IMG/VR virus record: IMGVR_UViG_3300049218_000083
Coordinates: 5,861 to 69,860 of that record
DNA: 64,000 nt
Strand: one strand, 5' to 3'
DNA from: a virus
Shown here piece by piece: positions 18,207-27,513 of the stretch. Position numbers and translations under genes: made by a program. The notes below the pieces were generated by a model. That model had not been told where the DNA came from, did no database searches, and was given only the letters and a program-made list of their open reading frames with translations. How positions within the stretch are numbered: the stretch's first letter is position 1; every line of letters starts with the position of its first letter.

Positions 18207-18707
18207 TTAATAGTCCTCCGGATTGGGAAACATCGCGTTGAGCTCGTTCATCTCAGCAAGCAGCGGTTGCCATTTAGCGTTGAACGCAACCTTGGCAGCT
18301 TCGTACTCACGTTCGATCGTCAAGGCACGCTCTTGGGCTTCATCTCGAAGAGAATCGAGACGATCACGAAGCGTTTCAGCGACAAGCGTGCCCTCGAGAA
18401 TTGGTCCATTGGGTTGGGCAACAACGCTGTGGCGCGGATTCCGCAGCTTGTAAAACGCATTCCCAAGAGTTACAAGAGGCGGCACTTGGTGGAACTTAGA
18501 GCTCGCCAGATAGGCCAGAGCATTTCCAATTTCGTTGGACGTTCCCCACTTCCTCTCGAGCGCACTGTGTACTTCGCCAATCGAATGGGGACGACCATCA
18601 TCCCAAATCGTCAGCTTCATAATCACCTTGGTTCTGCCTTGCTTACGCACGATGTCCTTGGGAGCACCCATTGCACCTGTACGCTCGCCGATGGTCGCAT
18701 TCATCAT
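18207..18707 (-). CDS. Winged-helix-like N-terminus plus coiled coil
   Basis: Helix-helix-wing spacing ending in FYKL; C-terminal heptads. Confidence 0.45.
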   Translation of the reverse strand: MMNATIGERTGAMGAPKDIVRKQGRTKVIMKLTIWDDGRPHSIGEVHSALERKWGTSNEIGNALAYLASSKFHQVPPLVTLGNAFYKLRNPRHSVVAQPNGPILEGTLVAETLRDRLDSLRDEAQERALTIEREYEAAKVAFNAKWQPLLAEMNELNAMFPNPEDY

Positions 18708-18934
18708 TGTGTCACCTCTTGTAGATCAGATCTGGGAATGGTGAAGAACGCTTCACCAGTTGGACGTTCGGAGACACAGACGTATTCGACACCCTCGATG
18801 GCAGTGTCATCAGCGGCAACGCCATAGACGTCCTGGACAATGTAGACGATGTCGCCTACCTGGGCATCGGGCCGAGCCGCATTTTCTACGTTCATCACTT
18901 TGTATCGTTGCGTCATAAATCTCCTCGTAAGCAA
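18704..18934 (-). CDS. Hypothetical protein
   Basis: VGDIVY...DVYGVA.DD...PTGE.FFTIP; likely start MTQRY. Confidence 0.55.
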   Translation of the reverse strand: MLTRRFMTQRYKVMNVENAARPDAQVGDIVYIVQDVYGVAADDTAIEGVEYVCVSERPTGEAFFTIPRSDLQEVTQ

Positions 18935-18957
18935 GTATGGCCGAGTGAACTTTAATT

Positions 18958-19422
18958 CTAAAGAAGTTTGTAGATGGGAATCTTTTTCCCGAACCGTTCT
19001 ATGAAGAGGTCATCCTTGTTCTCCTGATAAAGGATGACTCCAACGCACTCTGGAGAGAAGTCCACACTGCTGCGGCAGCGGTCTTCTGTGTTGGAAACCC
19101 GATCGATCTTGTGTAAGATTTCTTCGACGGTGGAACCTGTCTCGATGAAGTCATCCAGGATCATGTACCTCTTGACGTCGGTATGGTAGTCACACTCAAT
19201 GGACTGTCCATGGCTACGTTCAGTTCCTTTCCGGATGACGATCAAAGGAATCCCGGTGATGTAACTCACCGGGAACCCAACGGAGTAGCCTGAGACACCA
19301 CGCACGGCGATTGCATCGAAGGGCACCCGTCTACGGAGTGCCTCTATTTGCTTCGCTAGACTGTCTGCCTTGGTCCTGATATGATCAGGATTCAGGTTCA
19401 GGTACGCAGTGCCAAACCTCAT
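18958..19422 (-). CDS. Type I phosphoribosyltransferase
   Basis: PRPP-binding loop ILDDFIETGST; IPLIVIRK..E.SHG. Confidence 0.85.
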   Translation of the reverse strand: MRFGTAYLNLNPDHIRTKADSLAKQIEALRRRVPFDAIAVRGVSGYSVGFPVSYITGIPLIVIRKGTERSHGQSIECDYHTDVKRYMILDDFIETGSTVEEILHKIDRVSNTEDRCRSSVDFSPECVGVILYQENKDDLFIERFGKKIPIYKLL

Positions 19423-19599
19423 TCGACCACCAATGCCTCAACCTCTTTGAGATTGATGTTGTACGTGGCATTGGTTTTGGAACCAAACCTGAAGTTGTAG
19501 TTCGTGAGCGCAGTTTCCTCCCTCGTCACTTTCCATTCAACGATGTTCGTCATGACAATACGGGAACCCGACTTCATGTAGAACGTTGCTTTGTAGTGC

Positions 19600-19827
19600 C
19601 TACGGAACAACTTGGCCAGTAAGTACAGCACTTGCTTTCTCCTTGTTTGCCTTCTTGCGGTACTTGACGACGTCTTCACCAACGCGCTCGTTGCTGACGT
19701 TGAAGATGTCAGCCACCATACACGAGGTGACCAATTCCGACACCACCTTCGGATCCATGTTGCCTGGGTCTGCGCAACTGTCATTCTCCGCAATCCACTG
19801 AATCGCTGAACGATAACCTGCTCTCAT
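19600..19827 (-). CDS. Hypothetical protein
   Basis: SD AGGAG upstream; YR.AI.WIA.ND motif. Confidence 0.55.
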   Translation of the reverse strand: MRAGYRSAIQWIAENDSCADPGNMDPKVVSELVTSCMVADIFNVSNERVGEDVVKYRKKANKEKASAVLTGQVVP

Positions 19828-19839
19828 TTGAATCTCCTG

Positions 19840-20250
19840 TTACTGATACTCAGGACGGTGCCGAGACCGCCCAATCAACCAATGGCCGCTGGATGCGCGT
19901 GCCCACTGGACCTTCGACAGAGTGTTCCAAAACAACTGTTGGAACCGTTGACCGTGACCTTGTAGTTCGTTCCTCCAGCGACGCGTAGACGTCCAATAGT
20001 CGAGATAGTGTGCATACTCGTGAGCCAGCAGAATGATCCACTCGTGGGAGGGTGTTCCCTTGACGATGTGCATCGTGATCATCCGTTTGGCCTGGTAGCA
20101 CATTCCCCAGACTGCCTGGTGACCCTCGAACTTGGGCTCATGCCAGATCACGTAGATGGTCGGAGCCTTGAGCCGGAGCCCACGCTTGCGAATCCATTCA
20201 CGGCAGATCTGCTTCGCCAGCTGAGACCGTTGTTTTCGCAACAGTTTCAA
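19840..20250 (-). CDS. SprT-like zinc metallopeptidase
   Basis: LAHEYAH plus downstream HG.RF. Confidence 0.7.
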   Translation of the reverse strand: MKLLRKQRSQLAKQICREWIRKRGLRLKAPTIYVIWHEPKFEGHQAVWGMCYQAKRMITMHIVKGTPSHEWIILLAHEYAHYLDYWTSTRRWRNELQGHGQRFQQLFWNTLSKVQWARASSGHWLIGRSRHRPEYQ

Positions 20251-20343
20251 ATGAACCTCCGGTTCGCTGGGTCAATGACCGCCATCACGCACAGAGCGAT
20301 GGCAAGAACGTTGATGAAGATTCCTACGTACATGATTTCCTCC

Positions 20344-20655
20344 TTAGTCGTTGAACACAGTCACCACCCAGCCGCGAAGCTGGGGAAAGGAAGCCAGCGT
20401 CTTGTCATTTGGCGCTAGCGTCCAGAACATGATGTCACCCTCGCGATCCTCGCGACCAACGATCACGAACTCAGCGACCTCGTTGGTTTTCTCGGACATT
20501 ATGAAGAGGCCAACCGGACCACCTTCCATGATATCGAACGGCTGCTTATGCGTCGTCCGGGCACTCAGGTCCGAAGCTTCACAACTCAGGGTCTTGATCG
20601 ACTTCGAGACCGTGAAGAGCTTCGAGAGGTGGACATTCTTTGTAGCGATTGGCAT
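20344..20655 (-). CDS. Early hypothetical protein
   Basis: SD GGAG and boxed early promoter upstream. Confidence 0.6.
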   Translation of the reverse strand: MPIATKNVHLSKLFTVSKSIKTLSCEASDLSARTTHKQPFDIMEGGPVGLFIMSEKTNEVAEFVIVGREDREGDIMFWTLAPNDKTLASFPQLRGWVVTVFND

Positions 20656-20688
20656 TTCAGTTCTCCGTTCAGTTTCTACCTAGGACCA

Positions 20689-20735
20689 ACTCTAAGCGGA
20701 GTCGCCGAGTGTAGAAAGATACGCAGTTATCGTTT
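20689..20735 (-). promoter_or_regulatory. Boxed early promoter
   Basis: AAACGATAACTGCGTATC-TTTCTA-N17-TAGAGT. Confidence 0.65.
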
Positions 20736-20741
20736 CGTCGA

Positions 20742-21569
20742 CTACTTCGTAACTTCCTGAGCCTTGATGGTTTCGCGCAGAGCGACCAGGCGCTCGATCT
20801 CAGCGACATCGGCAGCAGCGTCCGGGTACACGGCGAGCGTAGCTGCAGAGTGCTTTGCGCGCCAGTGGTTGAGCTGGTAGGGGATGTCCTGGTAGAGCTG
20901 GCGAGAGACTTCCGAGCGCTGCTCATAAGGAACCGCGAGCACGCGCTCCAGGATCGCCTTGCGGACTTTCTCGAACGACCGACTCACTGCCTCCAGCGCG
21001 TCTTTCTTGGCGGACTTGGTCCGGAAGGTGCCTTCGATGTGACCAGTTTTGACATCGACCTTGGTGTTGGCTGGTTTCTCGACCTTGATCTTTTCGGCAG
21101 GGATCAGCGCAGTGCCGAACTTCGGCAACACGCGAGTGGTTAGCATCTCAGCGTGGTCACGATTCATGTCGCGGCGCATTTCGGCCGAGTGGACCATGCT
21201 GGCGCGAACCGACTTCTGCTTGTACTCCGGCTGCTCAGCGAACACGAAGGTGATCATCTTGTAGCCGTACCGATCAGCACCCTCTTTATCACGACCGACG
21301 TAAGTGTTTTCGCTGTACTTCTCGATCACGCACGTTTCAAGACGCTTGGCTTCGGCGTCGAACGTGGCCGCATTCTCGAGGCAGGACTTGATGATTTGGT
21401 TGGTCAGGGTGATTTCATGCTGGGCAGGCTTGCGGTCAGCGCCAGGGCAAACACCGTTGAAGAAGTTATGCTCGACCGTGTAGCCGTGCTTGGCTACGTT
21501 TTTGCTCTTGAGGTTGAAAGCCTGGGTCCGACCACAAGCTTGGCAGGTTCCATCATGAGTATGTCGCAT
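20742..21569 (-). CDS. Early protein with N-terminal Cys/His metal-binding motif
   Basis: GTCQACGR...HGY...CPG; strongly GC3-biased codons suggest high expression. Confidence 0.7.
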   Translation of the reverse strand: MRHTHDGTCQACGRTQAFNLKSKNVAKHGYTVEHNFFNGVCPGADRKPAQHEITLTNQIIKSCLENAATFDAEAKRLETCVIEKYSENTYVGRDKEGADRYGYKMITFVFAEQPEYKQKSVRASMVHSAEMRRDMNRDHAEMLTTRVLPKFGTALIPAEKIKVEKPANTKVDVKTGHIEGTFRTKSAKKDALEAVSRSFEKVRKAILERVLAVPYEQRSEVSRQLYQDIPYQLNHWRAKHSAATLAVYPDAAADVAEIERLVALRETIKAQEVTK

Positions 21570-21853
21570 TTCATTTCCAAGTAAGTAACCGATAGAGCAA
21601 CTCTACGCGGACTGCTTACGAAAGGTAGACGATTTTACAATAACGTCAAAATAGTCGCCGAAACGATAACTGCCTATCGTTCTAAATCCAATTCTTTGTA
21701 GCTGAAGCCCATTTCTAGGTCAGGACAAGCATCAAGCTGAACAACGATCACATCCCAGTCGATGAATTTGACGACTTTTCCAGCCATGTAGCGGAGTTCC
21801 GACCAGTCTGATATCACGCGCACTCGCGTGCCCGGAGTCTTTATGCCCATTTC

Positions 21854-22243
21854 TCACCTCTTTAAGATGTGTGTTTCTTTCTGTAGTTTTCTAGCGTATC
21901 GTACCGTTGCCCACGTTCCGGATCGCAAGATTTCTTCATCCTGCTCTGGGGTGGCGATGAGAACATCACAGGCATCGACGATGTCGTGGTTGCGATCAAG
22001 ATATGGCTTGGGTGTGTGAATATGATGAGCACCAGTACAGAACGCTCGCCGATAATCGTTGGTCGGCGGATGGATGTGGATTAGCAGGAACATCACGCGA
22101 GCTAGATTATGAGCCTGAGCATCAGCGCCGACACAATCTCCATGGTGAAACTCTGTTGCGTTCAACTCAACCAACTTTGTGCCCAGCTGCTGCATCTGAT
22201 TGTCAGACATGCCGGCTGAAGTTCCAGTGAACCCAATGATCAT
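21854..22243 (-). CDS. SLOG-superfamily nucleotide-binding protein (DprA/YspA-like)
   Basis: IGFTG, HGDCVGADA.A, RN.DIV..CD.LIA, SGTWATVRYA. Confidence 0.8.
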   Translation of the reverse strand: MIIGFTGTSAGMSDNQMQQLGTKLVELNATEFHHGDCVGADAQAHNLARVMFLLIHIHPPTNDYRRAFCTGAHHIHTPKPYLDRNHDIVDACDVLIATPEQDEEILRSGTWATVRYARKLQKETHILKR

Positions 22244-22472
22244 AATCGCCTCTTCTTCCAGGTGTACGGTTGGCCGTTGGGAAGCAACCCATCTTTGACA
22301 CCATCGACTCCGATTGAATGGTGGCTCGCAGTTGTGACAAAGAACATTCCTTGCTCACGCAACTGAGCTGCACGCGCAAGCAGCAGTCCGATCTGTTGTT
22401 CACCGTCAGGGAACTGCTCGACGTTTGGAGCCATGACTCCGTCAAGGCTTTCGCACCAGTACACAACCATTG

Positions 22473-22733
22473 TCATTTCTTCAGTCTCAAATAAGCGATC
22501 GATCCAATCCAGAAGAAGTTGGCTGCCATGATTGCACAACCGCCAGCGAATGAAAACCACTGATCCAGGTGTGGGTAGTAGAATAAATTCCAGATTCCCC
22601 ATCCTGCGAAGTAAATCACACTGACCAAAGAAATGCCTCTCGCCTGACGAGATTGCCACAACGCTTTGGTGTGATTCAGGATGAATAATGAACCAAAGAA
22701 CTCGAACAGTCCATTCACCAAATCAGGAATCAT
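22473..22733 (-). CDS. PQ-loop/SemiSWEET-like three-helix membrane protein
   Basis: Three hydrophobic helices with the linker ..ARGISL..; motif degenerate. Confidence 0.5.
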   Translation of the reverse strand: MIPDLVNGLFEFFGSLFILNHTKALWQSRQARGISLVSVIYFAGWGIWNLFYYPHLDQWFSFAGGCAIMAANFFWIGSIAYLRLKK

Positions 22734-23119
22734 ACTTGAGCCTTGGTGACACGAAATTTGTCGAACAGTTTTTCAGCAAACTGCCAAGCCAGACTTGAAC
22801 GGCCACCTGAGCGGTCATCGCTGTTGTACTTGCCAAACGTGGCGGAGTCGAGATGGTGATACCACTCGTGGAATACAGCCTTCAGATGAGAGCGACTGTG
22901 AACCCAGATGATTCTACATCCATATTGTCCCAAGCAACCAACCTCAGGCATTGCGGTGCTGACGACCGGACGGCTGACACCATACTCTTCCGAGAGGATG
23001 TCACAAATCTCCTGCGCCGTTCGTCGATCCACCTTGAAGTAATATCCCTTCCTGGTAGGAAAGAGATCAGCCAAGGCTTGCGGACAGCGAACGTCCCACT
23101 CTTTAGTCACTCGGAGCAT
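22730..23119 (-). CDS. Zincin-like protein (HExxH)
   Basis: G.Y....I.V......VFHEWYHHLD. Confidence 0.55.
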   Translation of the reverse strand: MLRVTKEWDVRCPQALADLFPTRKGYYFKVDRRTAQEICDILSEEYGVSRPVVSTAMPEVGCLGQYGCRIIWVHSRSHLKAVFHEWYHHLDSATFGKYNSDDRSGGRSSLAWQFAEKLFDKFRVTKAQV

Positions 23120-23840
23120 TTGGGTGCACTTCCTTTATGAGAAAAATCAGTTTGTCATTCTCGGTGTAAAACGAGTCCACATGTCTATCATGAGCATTGC
23201 TTATGATCTGTCCAATTCGCCAATGCTTTCGGTGCGGATGGCGGAATAGTACCCAGGCCAGCCGAAGTATGTCCCAAATTGACGTGCGCATCCTAGGTTA
23301 CTTCCTCAATTGCCCAGTCAGATTCCGGTTCATCGATAGAAGTCGTCCAGCTTTTCCACGTGTACGGCTGACTCGTATCGTGAGGAATACCCTGTTCCCA
23401 ACGTTCTGCGATGCTCAGTTCTTTCATCCTGGGTCACTCTCGTCGAGAAGTTCTGACAACAGCCGCAGCGCTCTGGCCACGTCTCTGTCCCAGATGGATG
23501 CTGATCCTTCTTTGGCTCGCAACTCTGCAGTCGCAGCCATCCACTCAACACGTTCCGGTGAGATCGGTTCTTTGATTGGTTCTTTCATCCAATAAGTCTA
23601 CCTCGTAATTACACGCCAGCGGCAAGTTTTCCTTTCGAGAAAATTCCTTTGTTGACTTTCTTGCGTATGTGGACAGCTTCCTTGTGATGATGCCACTCAT
23701 CCCCATACGCATGATGAGAGTCATCGATGCAACCAAGTATGATTTCGCCCAGACCATTCCTACACCTCCAGGGATTCGAGATTGCCGATCCGCACACAGG
23801 GCAGACCGGCATCTCAAGCCGGATGAACGGTGAGAGGACG

Positions 23841-24083
23841 CTAGACACGGTGGCTCCGAATGGCCCCGAGGTTCAGCTTGACCAGGTCCCAGCAGTCAGC
23901 GACCTGGTCGATGTTCAGGCCAGCGGCCACGCCGGCATCGACGAACTGCTTGTATCCAATGGAGTCGCGGACCTCGCGGAAGGACTTAGTCGTGTCCCAC
24001 TCGCAGCCCACCATACACGCGTAGAGCGTCCAGCGATCCACCAGCTTCTCAGCAACCGTCGAGACGCAGAAGAGCGCGCTCAT
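23841..24083 (-). CDS. Hypothetical protein
   Basis: ATGA-coupled; GC3-biased codons. Confidence 0.5.
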   Translation of the reverse strand: MSALFCVSTVAEKLVDRWTLYACMVGCEWDTTKSFREVRDSIGYKQFVDAGVAAGLNIDQVADCWDLVKLNLGAIRSHRV

Positions 24084-24409
24084 GACAACTTCTCCGTGAC
24101 ATCCATGAACCCGAAGGAGACAACGACGAAGGTCTTGTAGACGTCATCCTTCACTTCGACGAACACGTCACCGACCGAGGAAGAACGCGAACCCTTCATA
24201 CCATGGTCCTTGGAACCGTAGAAGGTGACGCCATCATTCTCCCACCAGCCTTTCTCGATGGAGTTGGTCAGGTGATACGCGGTGTCGAGGCTCTCGGTGT
24301 CGACCGTCGCAACATGGTGGTAGTCTTGCATCACGTTTGGGACGAAACCCTCACAAACCATGAAGGTCGGCTCATTAGCGTGGAAGACCATAACAACTGC
24401 TTTCTCCAT
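24080..24409 (-). CDS. YodL-like domain protein
   Basis: Y..VA.V....L..AY..TN...RS.SVGDV; start MEKAV after SD GGAG. Confidence 0.55.
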   Translation of the reverse strand: MEKAVVMVFHANEPTFMVCEGFVPNVMQDYHHVATVDTESLDTAYHLTNSIEKGWWENDGVTFYGSKDHGMKGSRSSSVGDVFVEVKDDVYKTFVVVSFGFMDVTEKLS

Positions 24410-24441
24410 TTCAATCTCCAGTTCAGTTTCTACTAGGAATG

Positions 24442-24488
24442 ACTCTACGCGCACTCGGCGAGTTACGAAAGAGCCGCAGTTATCGTTT
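24442..24488 (-). promoter_or_regulatory. Boxed early promoter
   Basis: AAACGATAACTGCGGCTC-TTTCGT-N17-TAGAGT. Confidence 0.65.
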
Positions 24489-24768
24489 TGGGGAAGAAGT
24501 CGCCGAGGGTCGCACCCAGCGGTTTCACCTGAAGAGCTTCGGCACGACGCTCGGCATCGCGCTTGGCTTCGGCACGTTCCCATTCCAGTTCGCGCTCCGC
24601 GATAGAATTGAGCTCGTCGATGGCCTCCGCGAGAGCAGCCTCGTCGTTCCAGAAGTCCTGGTTGATGTTGCGGGGACGGTGGCCGTAGGCTTCCTTGTAG
24701 ACGTCCGAGTAGACGCTCTGCAAGCCTTCCAGCTTGGTGAAGGTGAACTCGGTAGAAAGGTCGCTCAT
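24463..24768 (-). CDS. Conserved phage early protein (YSDxYKxAYGxRPR type)
   Basis: YSDVYKEAYGHRPR motif; SD AGGAG. Confidence 0.65.
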   Translation of the reverse strand: MSDLSTEFTFTKLEGLQSVYSDVYKEAYGHRPRNINQDFWNDEAALAEAIDELNSIAERELEWERAEAKRDAERRAEALQVKPLGATLGDFFPKTITAALS

Positions 24769-24800
24769 CTTAGGTCTCCTGTTGGTTCAACGTAGAACGA

Positions 24801-24847
24801 ACTCTACGCCCAACTCGGCGACTAAGAAAGAGCGCCAGTTATCGTTT
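24801..24847 (-). promoter_or_regulatory. Boxed early promoter
   Basis: AAACGATAACTGGCGCTC-TTTCTT-N17-TAGAGT. Confidence 0.65.
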
Positions 24848-25374
24848 CACCAAACCCAGTTGATATCGTAGAAAGTGCTGATCATGAAGAATAGGTTGAC
24901 GGCAGCGACCACTTCAAAAAAGTAGCCAAGCCGAAAAGCCTGCTTCTGGAACCGCAATCTGGTCTGGGCACGCTTGATGCACACCCAGGCTGAATAGATG
25001 GTTCCAGTGATCCAAAGCAACCAGAGTAACGCATGAATATGGACGATCATTTCTTTCTCTCCTCCGCGCATCCAAAGCGATTTTTACACTTACGAAATTC
25101 GATTGGTATGTATGCAGCAACGATCCAACCGCACTTCTTACACTTTGCCACACCGATGCCTGGTTCTGGATCACACTTCGGGCCATCCGTCATCGTCTGG
25201 CTCCAGAGCAGTTGAAAGGAGGTCCCAGCAAGGATCCGGCACAGTCGCAGACTCGAAGAGGTTGTGATACAGGCTTGGGTTGAAGTGCGTCACTGATACG
25301 CTCAAGCAGCGTGGCGTCCTCGATCTGTGGTCCCTCGGCGAGTATCTGTTCCCGCACCAATTCGTTGAGCGTCT

Positions 25375-25884
25375 TCAATCGGTGTACTTCTTCATGATAG
25401 CTTCGACAGCGTCTTTGGCCTCTTTCAAGCCTACGCCAGTTCGCGTGCGATAAATCTTAATTGCCATAATCTTCTGTGAGCCGACGTGTCGTTGAAGTGG
25501 GCCACCAAGCACGTTCAGCATCTCTCTTTCTAGCTCGCTTGCCTTCGCCTGAGCCTCTGCAGCGACCTGTTCGGCAAACCTCCGCTTACGTGTTTCGGCT
25601 GGGTCGCGTCCCTCTCTGTAGCCTTCTACTAGCGTGCGCACGACATAGCCAATGAGCCACCCAGTCTCGTATGGCGCAGATTTGAAACCGTGCCAAATCG
25701 CTTGAAGAATCGTAAGCGACCCTGTACGAATCCCGGCTGCAAATTTTTGCAATTTTGCATACAGCGGCACGCTCGGGGAAGTACCGGATGATGACGGAGT
25801 CGGTGGAGCATTGTCGACTGACCCCATCGCCTGCCCATCATGATAGGATTTTCGCGTAAGCCATTTCCACATGCCATTCTCCAT
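25375..25884 (-). CDS. Protein with C-terminal ribosomal bL12 (L7/L12) CTD-like motif
   Basis: KIMAIKIYRTRTGVGLKEAKDAVE. Confidence 0.75.
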   Translation of the reverse strand: MENGMWKWLTRKSYHDGQAMGSVDNAPPTPSSSGTSPSVPLYAKLQKFAAGIRTGSLTILQAIWHGFKSAPYETGWLIGYVVRTLVEGYREGRDPAETRKRRFAEQVAAEAQAKASELEREMLNVLGGPLQRHVGSQKIMAIKIYRTRTGVGLKEAKDAVEAIMKKYTD

Positions 25885-26427
25885 CTTGCGTGCTCGATCT
25901 TGAGCATGGCAATCTTGGGTTCATCAATGAGCACTCGTAAAGGACTTTCTTGAGTCAGTTGTCGAAATAGATAACTGGTACTCGTTTTCGACAGTCTTAA
26001 TGGTTCTGACACGAGCAGGAGTCCCACGACAAACATTAAGTTCTCGTAATGTTCAGTATTCGTCTTGCGTAGCCATACAGTGAATAGATAGTCTTTCGTT
26101 TGCAGTGTGGGCACGCAATGGCTACATTACGGAAACTTAATGTGAGACGATGCAGTTCGTGGCCTGTGCCAGCACTCATATGGATGAGTCAAATGTGCAA
26201 GCATTACGATACGTCTTTCGGCACTCAATCAGGTCGGGTACAATGATCGTGTAGGATACGTTAAATTCTTTCTTCTCTGAAACGATAACTAGTACTCTAT
26301 TATTCTCGAAAATACGATCGGTAGCGTACGGTAGCGTACTAACGCACGATCTAAATCCCGGTAGAATGTAATCGTGAAGTAAAGAGGTTTCTAACGGTTT
26401 CTACATTAACTTTCAAGGAGACATTAT

Positions 26428-26769
26428 ATGAGCAGCAAAAAGCGTACATCTCATCGGACCATGGTCCGGAACATCTCGGTGACGAAGGTCACTGGTGCAA
26501 CGGATGGTGGGAAGATCGTTGGGCGGCAGGCGTCCGGCAGTCGGTATCCGCGTTTCACGCCATTCGTGCAGGGACTCGACGATCTCAACTACCAGATCGG
26601 TGTTGGGTTCAAGGAGTCGGCGAAAGAAGGTCTCAAAGTGCTGACTGGCACGATGCGCACTTTCAAGGGCAGGTACAAGGATGCCAAGTCCATCGCTCGG
26701 GCCATGACCAACGTGGCACGCCAGGTCAATAAGGGTGTCAGTGGCGAATCGGCGAAAGTAGCAAGCTGA
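26428..26769 (+). CDS. Basic hypothetical protein, first gene of a plus-strand cluster
   Basis: SD AAGGAG; Lys/Arg-rich. Confidence 0.65.
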   Translation: MSSKKRTSHRTMVRNISVTKVTGATDGGKIVGRQASGSRYPRFTPFVQGLDDLNYQIGVGFKESAKEGLKVLTGTMRTFKGRYKDAKSIARAMTNVARQVNKGVSGESAKVAS

Positions 26770-26847
26770 CGAAGGTCAAACCCTGGGCCCACATGAGGAG
26801 TGGTTGCTCATAACAACCACTCCTCTACAACAATAAGGAGGCTGAAT

Positions 26848-27111
26848 GTGCCATTCTATCCTGATCCAGTTATGATCCCGATGACTCCACGGTGTGCTAT
26901 TACGATTGCGAGATCGATCGAACGTAACACACCATTCTTTGATGATCCACGTGACCACGAGGATTATCTCCATGGGCTGGATCATGCGCTTGAGTGTCTT
27001 GAGCATATGACCAAGTTGCTGAAGTACATCCGAAGCAGCTTGCCATCTGTCGAGCCGAAACTCAAGGTGATGATCACTCGTCAATTACTGAAAGGATGTG
27101 ACCTAGAATGA
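26848..27111 (+). CDS. Hypothetical protein
   Basis: SD AAGGAGG then GTG start. Confidence 0.55.
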   Translation: MPFYPDPVMIPMTPRCAITIARSIERNTPFFDDPRDHEDYLHGLDHALECLEHMTKLLKYIRSSLPSVEPKLKVMITRQLLKGCDLE

Positions 27112-27323
27112 ATCATGAAAACACCTATCGTGTAACCATCAATCTCATTGGCACCAAGCATATCAAAACCATGGTTGGCAAAAGCCTGGTTGACATTACA
27201 TCTGAAATCATGCGTGAGTCTGAGGATGCATTCTATGCAGTGACCATTGAAAAACTCGTCGAAACGCAAACACTCTTTGATGTCACTGGCACGTTTCGCA
27301 CCAGAGCACTGAAGGGGGGGTGA
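27108..27323 (+). CDS. Hypothetical protein
   Basis: ATGA overlap with upstream ORF. Confidence 0.5.
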   Translation: MNHENTYRVTINLIGTKHIKTMVGKSLVDITSEIMRESEDAFYAVTIEKLVETQTLFDVTGTFRTRALKGG

Positions 27324-27338
27324 GAAACCAAAGGAAGG

Positions 27339-27512
27339 ATGATGAAATGCATTATTCGTAACTGTACCAACGACCTGGCACCCAGAGCCAAGTCTAAGAT
27401 GTGCAGCAACTGCCGCTCCAGCATTCATCGATGGGACAAACGCAGACCCAGTGAACGGCTGGAGCGCATTCGTAATCTCAACCTTTACACTGCAAGAATG
27501 AAGGAGGTGTAG
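27339..27512 (+). CDS. Small C4 zinc-finger protein (57 aa)
   Basis: Manual translation KCIIRNC...KMCSNC; SD AAGGA. Confidence 0.55.
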   Translation: MMKCIIRNCTNDLAPRAKSKMCSNCRSSIHRWDKRRPSERLERIRNLNLYTARMKEV

Positions 27513-27513
27513 C

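Noticed and set aside
17949-18827. Long plus-strand ORFs (17949-18827, also 32141-32980, 47422-48177)
   Set aside because: They overlap better-supported minus-strand genes and have no recognisable motifs.
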